Assembly: GCA_002269645.1 (NCBI GenBank)
Contig: NIVC01000137.1
Location: forward strand, 124,001 to 188,000
Length of the DNA: 64,000 nucleotides
Reading direction: 5' to 3'
From: Macrostomum lignano
Lineage: Eukaryota
Shown here: piece after piece, positions 1 through 13,552 of the stretch
How positions within the stretch are numbered: position 1 is the first letter of the stretch
Layout: the number at the start of each line of letters is the position of its first letter
Program-made: the position numbers and the translations under genes
The notes under the pieces: model-generated
What the model saw: the letters and a program-made list of their open reading frames with translations, nothing else
Database searches by the model: none
What the model was told of the DNA's origin: nothing

Positions 1-3000
1 AACAGGTTGGTCTTGATGGCCTCCAGCGTCTCAATGCCCTGGTTGCCGGGCAGGGCCAGTGTTCGCTCCATGAATGTGGGATCGTGAAGGAACTGGTGCA
101 GAGTCTGCGACTGTTGGCAGAACACGCCCTCCAGGTAATCCCTGGGTGAAAAGGTGAAAAATAAAACTGGTGGCTTAAAGGCTTGCCAATCATCATTTAT
201 ATAATTTCTGATTTGAAAAGGCTCATAAAATTACAGAAAGGGCACCCTTAATAATAAAAAATGACACCCACGATCGTATAATTATGAAAAATGGCACCTA
301 TGATTATGAAAAATGGCACCTGTGATTATGAAAAATGGCACCTGTGATTATGAAAAATGGCACCCGTGATTATGAAAAATGGCACCTATGATTATGAAAA
401 ATGGCACCTGTGATTATGGAAAATGACACCTATAATTATGGAAAAGGTCACCTGTGATTATGAAAAATGGCACCTGTGATTATGAAAAATGGCACCTGTG
501 ATTATGAAAAATGGCACCTACAATCGTATGATTATGAAAAATGACACCTATAATTAAGAAAAATGGCACCTGTGATTATGAAAAATGGAAACTTTAGTCA
601 TGAAAAATGGCACCTGTGATTATGAAAAATGGCACCCTGATTATGAAAAATGGCACCTGTGATTATGAAAAACGGCACCTGTGATTATGAAAAATGGCAC
701 CTATTATTATGGAAAATGGCACCTGTGATTATGAAAAATGGCACCTGACTATCAGAAATGGCACCTGTGATTATGAAAAACGGCACCTGTGATTATGAAA
801 AATGGCACCTATTATTATGGAAAATGGCACCTGTGATTATGAAAAATGGCACCCTGATTATGAAAAATGGCACCCGTGATTATGAAAAACGGCACCTGTG
901 ATTATGAAAAATGGCACCTATTATTATGGAAAATGGCACCTGTGATTATGAAAAATGGCACCTGACTATGAGAAATGGCACCTGTGATTATAAAAAAACG
1001 GCAACTCACCTAGCCCACTGAATAGTGTGCTCAATCTGGTAAGGAAAATTCTTCAGAGTACAAATTGGCGTGGTTTTCTCCGGCGGATCCTGCGAGCTGC
1101 TGTAGGACTCGGTGAGAAACGGCAGCACAACCTGAGTGTTAGCCTTGGTCCCTGTGGTGCCCGACTCCATCAGCGGCTTCCTATAATAAACACAACGCCG
1201 ATCAACGTAGGTCCTGGCCTCGACATTGTCCAATGCGTTGACAACAACGGTGAGGTTTTCAAAGAAATCATCGGTATAGATGGCCTCGGTCTCTGGGCCG
1301 ACTCGATTCTCCTGCGATTCGACTTGGAAATTCGGATTCATTCTGATGGCAGCTTTGGCGGCAGTTGTGGACTTGGCGCGGCCAATGTCCCAGGGCCGGA
1401 ACAGGAACTGCCGGTTCAGATTGCTCTTCTCGATCCGGTCCATGTCGGTGACGATCACCTGACCGCCCCGGCTGCCCGTGCCGATGCCCATCAGGGCGAA
1501 GTTTTTCAACAGCTCGCAGCCCAGAGCGCCTGCGCCAACCAGGAACACTCGGGCGGAGCCGAGGCGAGACTGAAGTGAGTTGTTGGAGGGGGAGGGGAGT
1601 AATGCATTTGGGCAATAGAGGATTAATGACACCTGTCATTTAGGGATTAATGCATTTGGGCAATAGAGGATTAATGACACCTGTCATTTAGGGATTAATG
1701 CATTTGGGCAATAGAGGATTAATGACACCTGTCATTTAGGGATTAATGCATTTGGGCAATAGAGGATTAATGACACCTGTCATTTAGGGATTAATGCATT
1801 TGGGCAATAGAGGATTAATGACACCTGCCATTTGGGGATTAATGCATTTGGGCAATAGAGGATTAATGACACCTGTCATTTAGGGATTAATGAATTTAAA
1901 ATAGAGGATTAATGACACCTGCCATTTGGGGGCTAACTATTTCACAATTACGAGCTAATGACACTAAGCCATTTAGAGTAGGGCGAATGCTTATAGATGT
2001 CATGGATTTTGGAAAATAAATAAATCAGAAAACTGGCTCACCTGAAATTCGTCACCAAACACGGCAGTCTGGCCGGTGTACCGCTTCCCGTCGGCTGGCG
2101 CCACCGAGGGCGCGGCGCCTTCTGGCAGGCATTCGAGCGCATCAAAGTACAGAAACTGCCGGATAGGATTGAACCTGCCAGAGCAGGCCTTCATCACTTC
2201 CTGGCTGGCTGTGCCGCCAATCACGGCGTGGACCGGGGCCAGCTGACCCGAGCTGACCTGAGCGAAGGTGGCCGCCAGTTTGGGGTCGGGAGCGGGCTCG
2301 AGACCCTGGCGCTTGGCGATATCCTCAGCGATGCTGGCCAGCTCGGCGGCTTCCGCGGCGTTGCCGGGTTCCGGCCGGCGGCCCGAATGGCGGGATTCGA
2401 ACTCCGACAGGGCCTGGGGATTGATAGATGCACGATAGATCAGTGCGATAGATGTCAGCTGGTGATTGATAGATGCACGATAGATCAGTGCGATAGATGT
2501 CAACTAGTGATTGATAGATGCACGATAGATCAGTGCGATAGATGTCAGCTGGTGATTGATAGATGCACGATAGATCAGTGCGATAGATGTCAGCTAGTGA
2601 TTGATAGATGCACGATAGATTAGTGCGATAGATGTCAGCTGGTGATTGATAGATGCACGATAGATCAGTGCGATAGATGTCAGCTGGTGATTGATAGATC
2701 AGGTTAGATGTCAGCTGGTGATTGACAGATCAGTTTAGATGTCAGCTGGTGATTGATAGATCAGGTTAGATGTCAGCTGGTGATTGATAGATCAGGTTAG
2801 ATGTCAGCTGGTGATTGATAGATCAGGTTAGATGTCAGCTGGTGATTGATAGATCAGGTTAGATGTCAGCTGGTGATTGATAGATAAGGTTAGATGTCAG
2901 CTGGTGATTGATAGACAGTTCGGATGTCAGCTGGTGATTGATAGATCAGTTTGATAGATATGGGCTGGCAATTGATAAACACACATTGTTGATGCGAAGT

Positions 3001-5556
3001 CAAGAAATTACCTGGAACAATGCGTGAATCTGTGCCGGCCTGTCAAACTTGGCAAAGTCCGTGATGACAAACTCGGGACTAGCCAATGCCTCCTGCAGAG
3101 ATTTAAAGCTGATCTGTTCCGGCATTTTCACTTCCTTGCAATACCCGCCCTTCTCGTAGGGCGGAAATCCGCTGGTGTCGCCGATTTTGAATCTGCTTGG
3201 GTTCACCACCTGAAAATTTAGTTGTCATATTTTCAGATATCTACTCTTAGTAGAGTAATAAACAAGGCACATGACAATCGAAATTTATTGTCAGTGTAGA
3301 CAAACTGACGCAAAAGGATACGAAGATCTATTTTTATACTTTAACTCATTGGGTCTGCAATGGGCAGACAGTCACTAGTGCACAGTAATTGACTAAACTT
3401 TCACATGCCGCATTTGGTACTGATGTAGTGCGGAATAAAGAAAATTGATACTAAAAATGCTATCCAAGCAATATCTTTGCGTACATAGCCTGGAAAATGA
3501 ATGTGAACTGACGAAACTTGCTTAGAACAAGTTTTTTCAATTTAATTTTATGGACGATTCGAGTGGGATTTAGGAGTGATTCTTAGATGTAATTAAGAGC
3601 GATTCTTAGATGTAATTAGGAGCGATTCTTAGGTGTATTTAGGAGCGATTCTTAAGTGTATTTAGGAGAGATTCTTAGGTGTATTTAGGAGCGATTCTTA
3701 GGTGTATTTAGGAGAGATTCTTAGGTGTATTTAGGAGTGATTCTTAGGTGTATTTAGGAGTGATTCTTAGGTATATTTAGGAGAGATTCCTAGGTATATT
3801 TAGGAGAGATTCTTAGGTAAATTTAGGAGCGATTCTTAGGTGTATTTAGGAGAGATTCTTAGGTGTATTTAGGAGCAATTCTTAGGTGTGAGTAGGAGAG
3901 ATTCTTAGGTATATTTAGGAGCGATTCTTAGGTGTATTTAGGAGCGATTCTTAGGTGTAATTAGGAGAGATTCTTAGGTATATTTAGGAGCGATTCTTAG
4001 GTGTATTTAGGAGCGATTCTTAGGTGTAATTAGGAGAGATTCTTAGGTATATTTAGGAGAGATTCTTAGGTGTAATTAGGAGAGATTCTTAGGTGTATTT
4101 AGGAGCGATTGTTAGGTGTATTTAGGAGCGATTGTTAGGTGTATTTAGGAGCGATTCTTAGGTGTATTTAGGAGTGATTCTTAGGTGTATTTAGGAGCGA
4201 TTCTTAGGTGTAATTAGGAGAGATTCTTAGGTATATTTAGGAGCGATTCTTAGGTGTATTTAGGAGAGATTCTTAGGTGTATTTAGGAGCAATTCTTAGG
4301 TGTGAGTAGGAGAGATTCTTAGGTATATTTAGGAGCGATTCTTAGGTGTATTTAGGAGCGATTCTTAGGTGTAATTAGGAGAGATTCTTAGGTATATTTA
4401 GGAGCGATTCTTAGGTGTATTTAGGAGCGATTCTTAGGTGTAATTAGGAGAGATTCTTAGGTATATTTAGGAGAGATTCTTAGGTGTAATTAGGAGAGAT
4501 TCTTAGGTGTATTTAGGAGCGATTGTTAGGTGTATTTAGGAGCGATTGTTAGGTGTATTTAGGAGCGATTCTTAGGTGTATTTAGGAGCGATTCTTACGA
4601 GAATTTAGGAGCGTTTTTAGGTGAATTTATTAGTAATTTTAGTTGGATTTATGAGTGATTCTTATATGGATTTAGGAAAGATTTTTATCATTTTAAATAT
4701 TCTAAAACATTTTTCTCAAACCCAGAGCCAGCATGGCACAACTCACCTGCACTTTCCGTGGAGCGCAGCCATTCAACGGGGTCATGCCCTGCACCCCAGT
4801 GAAGGTGACATAGTCCCCATCCTCCAGATCGTGCCTGGAGTCCTGAGCGCAGGTCACAGTCCCATCTGCCGACTGCTCAATCCAGTCTACTATGAAATTC
4901 TTGCACGGCTCGCCATTCTTGTCAGTAACGGAGAACGCATCGCCAAAGTCGCAGAAGATGCCGCCAAACAGGCCGGCAGCAGAGGCGGTAATAAACCTGG
5001 CCCCATGCTTCCTGCACACCTGATTAATGCGCAACTGCTCAGCCATGGGCCAGTCAGTCAGCACTACAACTTGGAACTGTTTAATCGCATCCTCAGTTAG
5101 TTGGCCTTCAAGCGCCGATACTCGAACATAATTGTTGAGTTCGGCCAGCTTAGGCATACAAATTTGAGCTCGAGATTTTGAGCCGCCAATATCTGACTCT
5201 TCAATGTAGAACTGGCTAGTCAGGTCTGACCAATCTGGCGGCGAGTTGTCCATCAGGCTGACCGACTTCACTCCGCCTAGGATGACATTCTTAGCAATCT
5301 CAATGCCCAGACCGCGCAGGCCGCAGATCAGCACATTGGATGTGGCCATACTGCGCATAGCTTCGTGGCCGAGCACGTACAGCTGCCGACTGTACAGCGA
5401 GTCGTCTATCTCGACACCGTTGGTGCCGTTAACAGCTGATTGGCTATTGTTAGACATGCTGTTAGCGCTGGAACCGTTGGCTGGCTGTTGCTGCTGCTGT
5501 GAAACGGTCCCGTTCGAGCGTTCGTCTCCTGTTGCTGTAGCCTGCGATGCCGCTGT
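1..5556 (-). CDS. UBA1: Ubiquitin-activating enzyme E1, 5' part (gene continues past left edge). Exons 5556-4747, 3209-3012, 2413-2042, 1569-1010, 141-<1
   Basis: The exons join in frame at GT-AG boundaries (phases 0,0,0,2). Recognised E1 motifs: [56 protein letters not shown], catalytic PICTLKNFP and WARDYLEG across the last junction. First Met in the window-derived frame is at 5457, with 33 open codons upstream to the acceptor. Confidence 0.96.
293..1000. repeat. 22-bp minisatellite (GATTATGAAAAATGGCACCTGT)n in a UBA1 intron
   Basis: Direct tandem copies with 22-nt period, with minor variants. Confidence 0.95.
1597..1935. repeat. 48-bp minisatellite in a UBA1 intron
   Basis: The unit GATTAATGACACCTGTCATTTAGGGATTAATGCATTTGGGCAATAGAG recurs at 1621, 1669 and onward. 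Confidence 0.93.
2420..2950. repeat. Compound minisatellite (45-bp units, then related 31-bp units) in a UBA1 intron
   Basis: TTGATAGATGCACGATAGATCAGTGCGATAGATGTCAGCTGGTGA repeats, followed by TTGATAGATCAGGTTAGATGTCAGCTGGTGA repeats. Confidence 0.93.
3570..4620. repeat. 23-bp minisatellite (TTAGGAGCGATTCTTAGGTGTAT)n in a UBA1 intron
   Basis: About 1 kb of tandem 23-nt units, with higher-order re-duplication of variant blocks. Confidence 0.95.
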
Positions 5557-7059
5557 CTAAAAAATAAAAGTACATCATTTACAATAGTACTATTAAATCT
5601 ACATTACAAACGCCAATGATAAATATTGAAAATGTGTATAATACCTGTTGTAGTCTAGCGGCTTTAAAATCTCTATACATATAAAATTGAATTAGATATG
5701 TTTAGTCCAACGGATTATCTATATCTCAGTCTGGCTCTCTGATGAAGCTGAAGGATGCTGGAGCCAGTAGCAGACAGCTACTTTATAAGGCCCAGTTTAA
5801 ACCTGTCTAATTGTGTTGGTGAGACTAGGGGGGAGGAGGATATAACCTATGGCAGATGCGAGAGAAACTCACCTGAACTAGCAGCCACCCTCTTTACTCT
5901 TAGTTACGGCTGAACAGACTGAGAAATTCTCTCTATATGCCTCTCCTCTCTCTCTTCCAATCTGAATCTCTCTACCCATAAGCCGGTTCGTGTGTCACTC
6001 TTACCTTGTTTTCTGTGCAAGTACGCAAGCGCAGCAAGGGTCAGGCAGAGAGCGGGGGGGGGGAGGGTGAGAGGTGGAGAGGGTAAGCGAATAGTTGGTG
6101 AGCAGGCAGCTCCCTACTGTACTGTCAGTCTGTCTCTCTGTCTCGCCCTTCTCAGTTCTCTCTTTCTCTATCCCTATTTCTTATCTGAGCAAGAGAGACG
6201 AAAAGAAGTCGAGCTACGCAGAGGGAAAGACGCCAGTTTATAACATACACTTCTGTATATTATAGATGTTATACATTCAGCTTATAGGGGTAGAGAGAGA
6301 GGAGAGAAGAGAGATATGGGGCGTAGCACAGAGTGCTTGCAGGCAAGTGAAATGACGCTATGAAAGAGCTATTTTTAGTCTCCTGTTAGCTAGCAACTGG
6401 AAAGACGCAGTCCAGCCCTGCCTTAAGCTGTGCACTTAGCCTAAAACCCAAATACGCACAAGCCCTAGCTGGGGCAGGCAGGCCAAGTCACATCCGGACC
6501 CATGCAAATCCAAAGAGGCGATGCCACGCATTTCACACCCACTCTCTCCCCGTTCCCTCCCTTCTCTCTCCCCTCTATCCTTGCTGGCTGAACTTGAATT
6601 GTACAGCCCAATCAATGCACTGTACACTACAGTAGCGCATATATTCACTGTTTGTACAGTATGCAGTATAGTTCAGTTGTCATTTTCTAACTTTTTCCAG
6701 TAAACAGTTTTAAACTATTTGCAGTTTTATTAACGATTAAAATTTAAAACATTAAACTTATAATTAAAGGATTAATACCCCAGAAAACCAGAATGATGCA
6801 TCTTGTGCAACAAGAATTATATTCTACTTGTAGTTTGTGCTGTCCTTTAAATTTTAAACAAAAAATTGCTAAATCAGTACAATTATGCTACTATTAGTAA
6901 GGCTGTCGTAAAACTAAAATAATTTGCATTTTTATATTCCAAAAACTCAATTACAATTTCCCAATTCTGGTTACTAGATTTTTAAACTCTAAATTCAGAT
7001 CCTCAATAATCAATAATCTCAACTTTAGATTGTAAAAAACTGAAACTTTAGTTCCCCAA

Positions 7060-7600
7060 AATCTCAACTTCAGAGCCCCCAATAAACTCAACTTCAGATC
7101 CCCAAAAATTTCAGCTTCAGATCCCCAATAATCTCAACTTCAGATCCCCAATAATTTCAACTTCAGATCCCCAATAATCTCAACTTCAGATCCCCAATAA
7201 TCTCAACTTCAGATCCCAATAATCTCAACTTCAGATCCCCAATAATCTCAACTTCAGATCCCCAATAATCTCAACTTCAGATCCCAATAATCTCAACTTC
7301 AGATCCCCAATAATTTCAACTTCAGATCCCTAATAATCTTAATTTCAGATCCCTAATAATCTTAATTTCAGATCCCTAATAATTTCAGGTTTAGATCGAC
7401 AATAATCTCAGCTTCAGATCTCCAATAATCTCAACTTTAAATCCCCAAAGGCAATAATCTCAGGTTCAGATCCCCAATAGTCTCAACTTCAGATGATTAG
7501 TAATTTCAACTTCAGATCAACCTATAATCTAAACTTCAGATCCCTAATAATCTCAGGTTTAGATTCCCAATAATCTCAGCTTCAGATCCCCAATAATCTC
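7060..7600. repeat. 23-bp minisatellite (CAGATCCCCAATAATCTCAACTT)n
   Basis: Tandem copies with 22-23 nt period, degenerating at both ends. Confidence 0.92.
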
Positions 7601-9359
7601 TCTAAACTTCAGTTCAGATCTTCAATTGATTTCTTGATCCAATGATAAATTTAGTTTCTAAGTGCAAGTGTCAAAACCTCTTTTTCAATTAACAAAAATA
7701 ATGTGTTATTTCTTCCACTCTAGTCCTACTTTCAGATAGAATTTTATATTGTTGTCACTCTTTTTTTTCAACATTAGAATGAGTAATAAATAATTTTAGC
7801 AGGCTTTTCCCTGCATGCTTTGACAATCAAGATACATTTAGCATCTAAATATTACATTTTATATGATTCTTTTAATTCAATATTTAAGCAAATAGAATAA
7901 AATAACTATATATTTATAAAGTAATAATGATGAGGTAGTGCTTGTATTAAGTAAGAAATAATAGCCTTTTTGTATACACATTTAATATTTTACATTTTGC
8001 TACGCTACACTTTTTTAGAAATATGCACATTTAAATTTATGCAAACTTTGGCTGAATGTTGTTGCTTGAGAAAATATTAAATTTTGTTTAAAACTACTCC
8101 AAAACATGGTATAAATAGAAGCCCAGTACAGGCTAAGAAGAATAAAGTCATGTTACTATTCTGTGAGCTAAATAAGCAATTTGCAAGCTAATACAATTGT
8201 TCTCATAGTAAAATTGCTAGTTGCAGTATTCAAAAAGACTCATTCCTTTTCTTAGAAGTATCAAGCCCTATATTGGGAGTAACAGAAATCCACTGGAAGT
8301 GAAAGTCGCCTCAGGGCAGGTAAATAGCATAAAGGCTATGACCTTCTGATCCAAGAAATGCCTAGGACTGAAAGAAAAATCTCTATAGATGAATAGTAAG
8401 AATAGACAATGCCATTAGACTGCTCAGGCCAGAAGTACAATACATGTACAAATGCTACCAATATAGAAGTAGATAGAGAAGTAGTCATGCCATCAATAAG
8501 TGCAAGTATATACAAAGAGTATAATAGTAAGAGCATAGAAAATTAACCCTGTAACAACTAGTATCAGCAATTGGGATTTTTTATAGAGAGCCAATAGGCC
8601 TGTTATAGCTTGGTGGCAGCTTAAGGAAATTTACAAAGCAGGAATAAGAAAAAGTAGCCCTAAAACAATTAATGAACTTCAATAAATCAATTTATGTCTT
8701 TAGTTTATTTCGTCTCAAGTCTTCTAAAATATTGAGTGGCCTAGATATGGAAAATATATACTAGGATGGTCCAGAAATTAATATAAAAACACTGTTTTTG
8801 AAAAGTGAACCTTGCACCTCTCAAAATGTTCCTTTTGGTAAAAGAATAGATCATATAAAAATTTGTTCTCTCTGAGATCTCAAAGCGATTGCTCAATACA
8901 ACACAAGTTTAACATGAAAAAATGGTGTTAAAAATGGCCCATTTAGTCACTACTATCAAAATCCACTCTATGATTGCTGTTTGATATTGTATTATTAATA
9001 TTTATTATAATTAATTATTATAACTAATAATTGGGGTCTAATATTAAAATTAAAAATATCAATGATTGGTTCAACATTCTGATTTATTCAACCTATTCAT
9101 AAGATTTGCTTGAAATAGTTTTTATTAGAATAATTTAATGCACTATGATTGTAATTAAGACCATATGAAGTTATAAATGCTAAATATAACTTACTTTATG
9201 CATTAGTAATCAGTAGACAATAGTGACAAAAGGATTTTTTTCTTTAATAGATAAATAATATGACAAATATAAAATAAAACTTTAAAGTTGCTAAAAACAA
9301 TTTTAAAATAAAAAATATGTTTTATCCTGATTTTCATTTTTAGCTGAATGCTTTATTTG

Positions 9360-9480
9360 TGGGATGCTTGCTTTCTGGATGGATGCTTGCTGTTTTAGGA
9401 ATGCTTGCTATCTTAGGGATGCTTGCTGTCTTGGGGATGCTTGCTATCTAGGGAGATGCTTGCTACCTTAGGGTTGCTTT
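9360..9480. repeat. Short degenerate ~20-bp tandem repeat (GATGCTTGCT core)
   Basis: Six to seven imperfect copies of GGATGCTTGCT. Confidence 0.75.
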
Positions 9481-12400
9481 ATTTTTAAGGATAAAGTCTA
9501 TTATCTTTGTGAAGGCTTTATTTTATTGTCTTTTTGTTACTTTTAAAAAGAGATTCACACATCTTTGTGTATGACAATTTTAATTGAATAAGGTGATTTA
9601 TAAAACTGAAAAAGGAATTGGATCTCAAGAAAATGTGCCTTTTTAATGAATTTGCATGAATGATTTTTGCTCTTTGCTTATTGGCCCCCCCTAAAAGGGA
9701 CACTAGATTGCTGGTTATATTACTAATAATAAATATTTTAACAAAAATACCATTAGGCTAAATTGTACAGGAAGCTTATAAGCTTGTACTAGAAATATAG
9801 TGATGGTTTGTGACACATTTTAAATTTGGTTTTTTTCAACAAATAGAGTTTTATTAAAGCCTACTGTAACAATTTTATTGGCTTTTTGAAGTCTATAATG
9901 AACATAAACAATGACAACAAAGATAATAACAAGGCACAAGAGAGAAAAAGAATAAAAATAAAAGCACTTACAACAAAAGCAAAAAAAATATACTCAAAGG
10001 TCTTTTTTAAGTTCCCTGGCTTTTGGTTTATAAATCACAGTTGGATAAATGTATTATATTAAAATTTTATATATAAACCTAATTGTGTATGACAAGCATA
10101 GTGAATATAGTTAATATAGTGAATTTTCATTCACTATGTTGCCACTTCTCATTAAGTGGTCAATAGACTGCATACCTATAAGGCAATGTACAATGCCTTG
10201 GTTATTGTACATAACCAAGGCATTATATTATATGCCTTGCCTAATATATGCCTAATATACTTATATTACCAATAGCTTGTTGGTAATATAAGTGATTTCT
10301 AAACTATTTGACATTGCTTAAAGTGATTGATTGTTTCAGCAAAAGTTTTTATTAATAGGCTAAAATGATGCACAATAAGGTTTTTTATATAAGATTTCAG
10401 TACAATGTGTAACAGTTTTTATTCCTGTTATCTTCTGCTTACAAGTCAGAAATAATTCCTAACACACTGGCCTCTGAGGGCCCTGTTATGAGTGTGAGGC
10501 TCACATCTCTGAATCTCTCTCTGTGCCGCAAATTGTTCAAGACAGTGTATTTTATAGTCAAGCAAGCAAACTGGTTTAGTTGACAAAATGAAGAGCAATG
10601 CATAGTTTGAGCGGGGCAGGGTTATTGCTTGAGCATTTTTCTCTATCCGATTGTTAGGCAACCATATCATCCCCCAAAGCATTGCTGCAAGTCTACTGTG
10701 TCACACGTTCGCAGGCTGCTGGCTTGGCCTTTGAACCTCAGCTTTGTTATTTGCCCTTTAGTGTACAGCTGGTCTGGCTAGATAGAACCAGTTGAGACAA
10801 AAGGAGGCCATTGTTTTTTTGCTTCAATGTAAGCACAATTCCAGTGCTTACACAATGGAAGCTGTATTAAAGGTTACATTCAGGGCAAGTTCAGCCATAG
10901 CTATAGGAAGTTGCAATTATGGAAGTTTTCAGACAGAACATATATGTTTATGGTAGTCCACAAATTATTGTATTTTTTTTTTAAAGTGAAAATCTGGCCC
11001 CCTCAAAATGTTCTATTTGATAAAAGAATGGCTCATTCAAAAAATAGATTTCTATCTTGGGAGTTCAGCTTGACATTTGCTGACATACACTTCTACTTAA
11101 TGTAAAGCTATGAAACTTTATACTTCTCTTGACACATGCAAGATCAACTCTAAAAATACACTACGGAGATAAGAACATAGTTTGTAGGTGAATAACTTAT
11201 GTAGGCTTTAGGGTAGAATGCTGATTTTTGACTTGCCAATGCATCTTGCATGCATCAAGAGAAAAATAAAGTTTCATAGCTCTGCATATATATTAGGACA
11301 TTCTATTGAGTTGCATAATAATATCCTACAAAGATAAGAACATACTTTATATGTGAATTCTTTGTATAGGCTGTTTTTAAATGCCAAGATATTTTATATA
11401 GTTTTTTATCTTTAAAGTTTTTGTAATTTTTAAAGGGTTTTGTTCAAATAAAGAAAACTTATAGGCATGGTCAAGAAGATGGCATTTATGCCAGAAAATT
11501 CCAGAGTATTTTTGCTTTTGCTAACAATCTTGGTATCCACTTAGCATAAAGAATTTGCAGGTTCAAAATGAAGTATACACAGTTGGTGTACAAAAAATAG
11601 CCAAGTTCAAGGCCAATATAATTGTATAATTAAATATCAACCAATAAAAGATTTTTTAAAAGAATCTAAAACTAAAATAAAAGATATCAACACAATTTAT
11701 GAGAAACAAAATTAAAACAAAGAATACCAGCTTTTACAAAAACCAGCCATTTTAAAGTTTAGTAAAACTCTTATTTATAATAGAATTTAGGGCATATTTT
11801 CTAAAAAAAATTGGCATACCAACAACTTTGGGCTTGGCATAAACTTTTTTGGAATATTGAGAAAACATAAATTTTCATTCTGGCATATGCCTACCATGAT
11901 CTGGATCAGTGTTGCCACTACAACAACCAAAGAAATTATCACAGGATAAGAAAAAATTGCAGGAACAAATTTCTTATTTGTCATAGAGAAAAAGGCACTA
12001 GTATGTTAAAACAACTTTTTTTTAGCTTTCCATTTCTAATTCTATCTTGTATTTGACCAAAAAGAACTACTACAATTTGCAATAACTGCATGCAACTCTC
12101 ATTTACGCCAAATCAGTGAAGTAGTCATACAACACTAAGCATTTTCTTAAGGGAAGACAGGCATACATATAATATAGATTACTGATGTTCATTATGAAAC
12201 CAACCAAAGCAACCAACTAAAACACAAGATGCTACGACTGCTGATGAGTAATAACAATTTTACAACTAAATTTTGTGCTATATTCCAGTTGTCTGAATCT
12301 GTTCTCAATTCTATATAGCTGAAATGAATTCTTTTAATATTATTTTAATTGTTGATCAATGTGTTAACTATAGGGGAAGAAATACTTTTATGTGAATCTT

Positions 12401-12941
12401 TGTTTGGCTAGTCAAACATTAGTTAGGCAAAACTGAAGGCTCTTCAGTGGATGTTCATTTTTTCTTTGGAACCTTTGGCAATCGAGTGCCAAACTCTGCC
12501 TGTCTCTTTTGCTGAGCCATTTTGTCAGCAGCTTTCTTCAGTGCTTGCTTGACCGCAGCATGCTCAATCTCCTTTCGCCGAACTTCAAACCAGAGGCTTG
12601 CACAGCCTCATGCTATATTGATAACATTCATGACACTTAAATTGAGCACAAAATGGAACAGAGTACTTGATAAAAAGTTGAAAGGACTGGTGTCCACGAA
12701 AAATCGCAGGAAATGAACAAAATAGACATAATTATTGCTGAGTGATTAAAAATCATTGAGCGACAGTGTTGCCACTACAGCAACAAAGAAATTATCACAG
12801 GATAAGGAAAAAATCACAGCAACAAATTTCTTATTTGTCATAGAAAAAAAGGTGCTACTATGCGAAAACAATTTTTTTTAGCTTTCCATTTCTAATTCCA
12901 TCTTCTATTTGACTAAAAAACTACTACAATTTGCAATAACT

Positions 12942-13531
12942 CCTATTGGAATAAATGTTAAAAACCCGCGGACAAGCGCTTTAGAAAAGAGTCAAACTAT
13001 TTTACCGCGCTTTAGGATTATTAGAGATGTTCCAAAAGATCTGCAGTTTTGTCGAAATCAAAATTTGCTAACTTTCCAAAATCAAAATTGAAATTTCCCA
13101 AAATCATAATTCAGAAAAACAAAGTTTAGTATGATCAACACTCACTTTTTTACTTTCAATTTACTGCTTAAGCAAAAAGTAATGCATGTATATGTAGTAG
13201 AAAGTAGTTTATTTTTAGCGACTTTTTAGACACTACCAAAATTTTCACTTATTTTTTTTTCAAAATTGAAATTTGCTTTAAAAAATTTCAAGTTTTAGAA
13301 ATTAGAAATTTAATTTTCAGAAAATCTCTAAGCTTAATAAATTACAAGTGTATAAGCCCTTTCAATAGAGGTATTATACCCATTTCCATGTATATGTATT
13401 TGCTAGAGCAGCCGCCAGTAAGAAAGGGCAGCGGGCGCGCAGGCGCTGTGCCTGTGCGCATGCTGCACTTTAGAAAAATTTCAAAAGTGTGCCGGACACC
13501 GTCTGCAGTTTTACAACTTTTTCTTATAGGG
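12942..13531. mobile_element. 590-bp non-autonomous DNA element with a 9-bp target-site duplication (Mutator-like by TSD length)
   Basis: GCAATAACT flanks both sides (12933-12941 and 13532-13540), and the paralogous empty site at 12079-12087 has a single copy. The ends are imperfect inverted repeats (CCTATTGGAATAAATGTTAAAAAC versus CCCTATAAGAAAAAGTTGTAAAAC). Confidence 0.65.
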
Positions 13532-13552
13532 GCAATAACTGCATGCAACTCT

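Noticed and set aside
3570-4620. Interstitial telomere
   Set aside because: TTAGG occurs only inside a 23-bp unit. There are no (TTAGGG)n or (TTAGG)n runs.
10440-10900. Possible decayed transposase fragment
   Set aside because: It is slightly GC-richer, but I could not recover a convincing motif in any frame.
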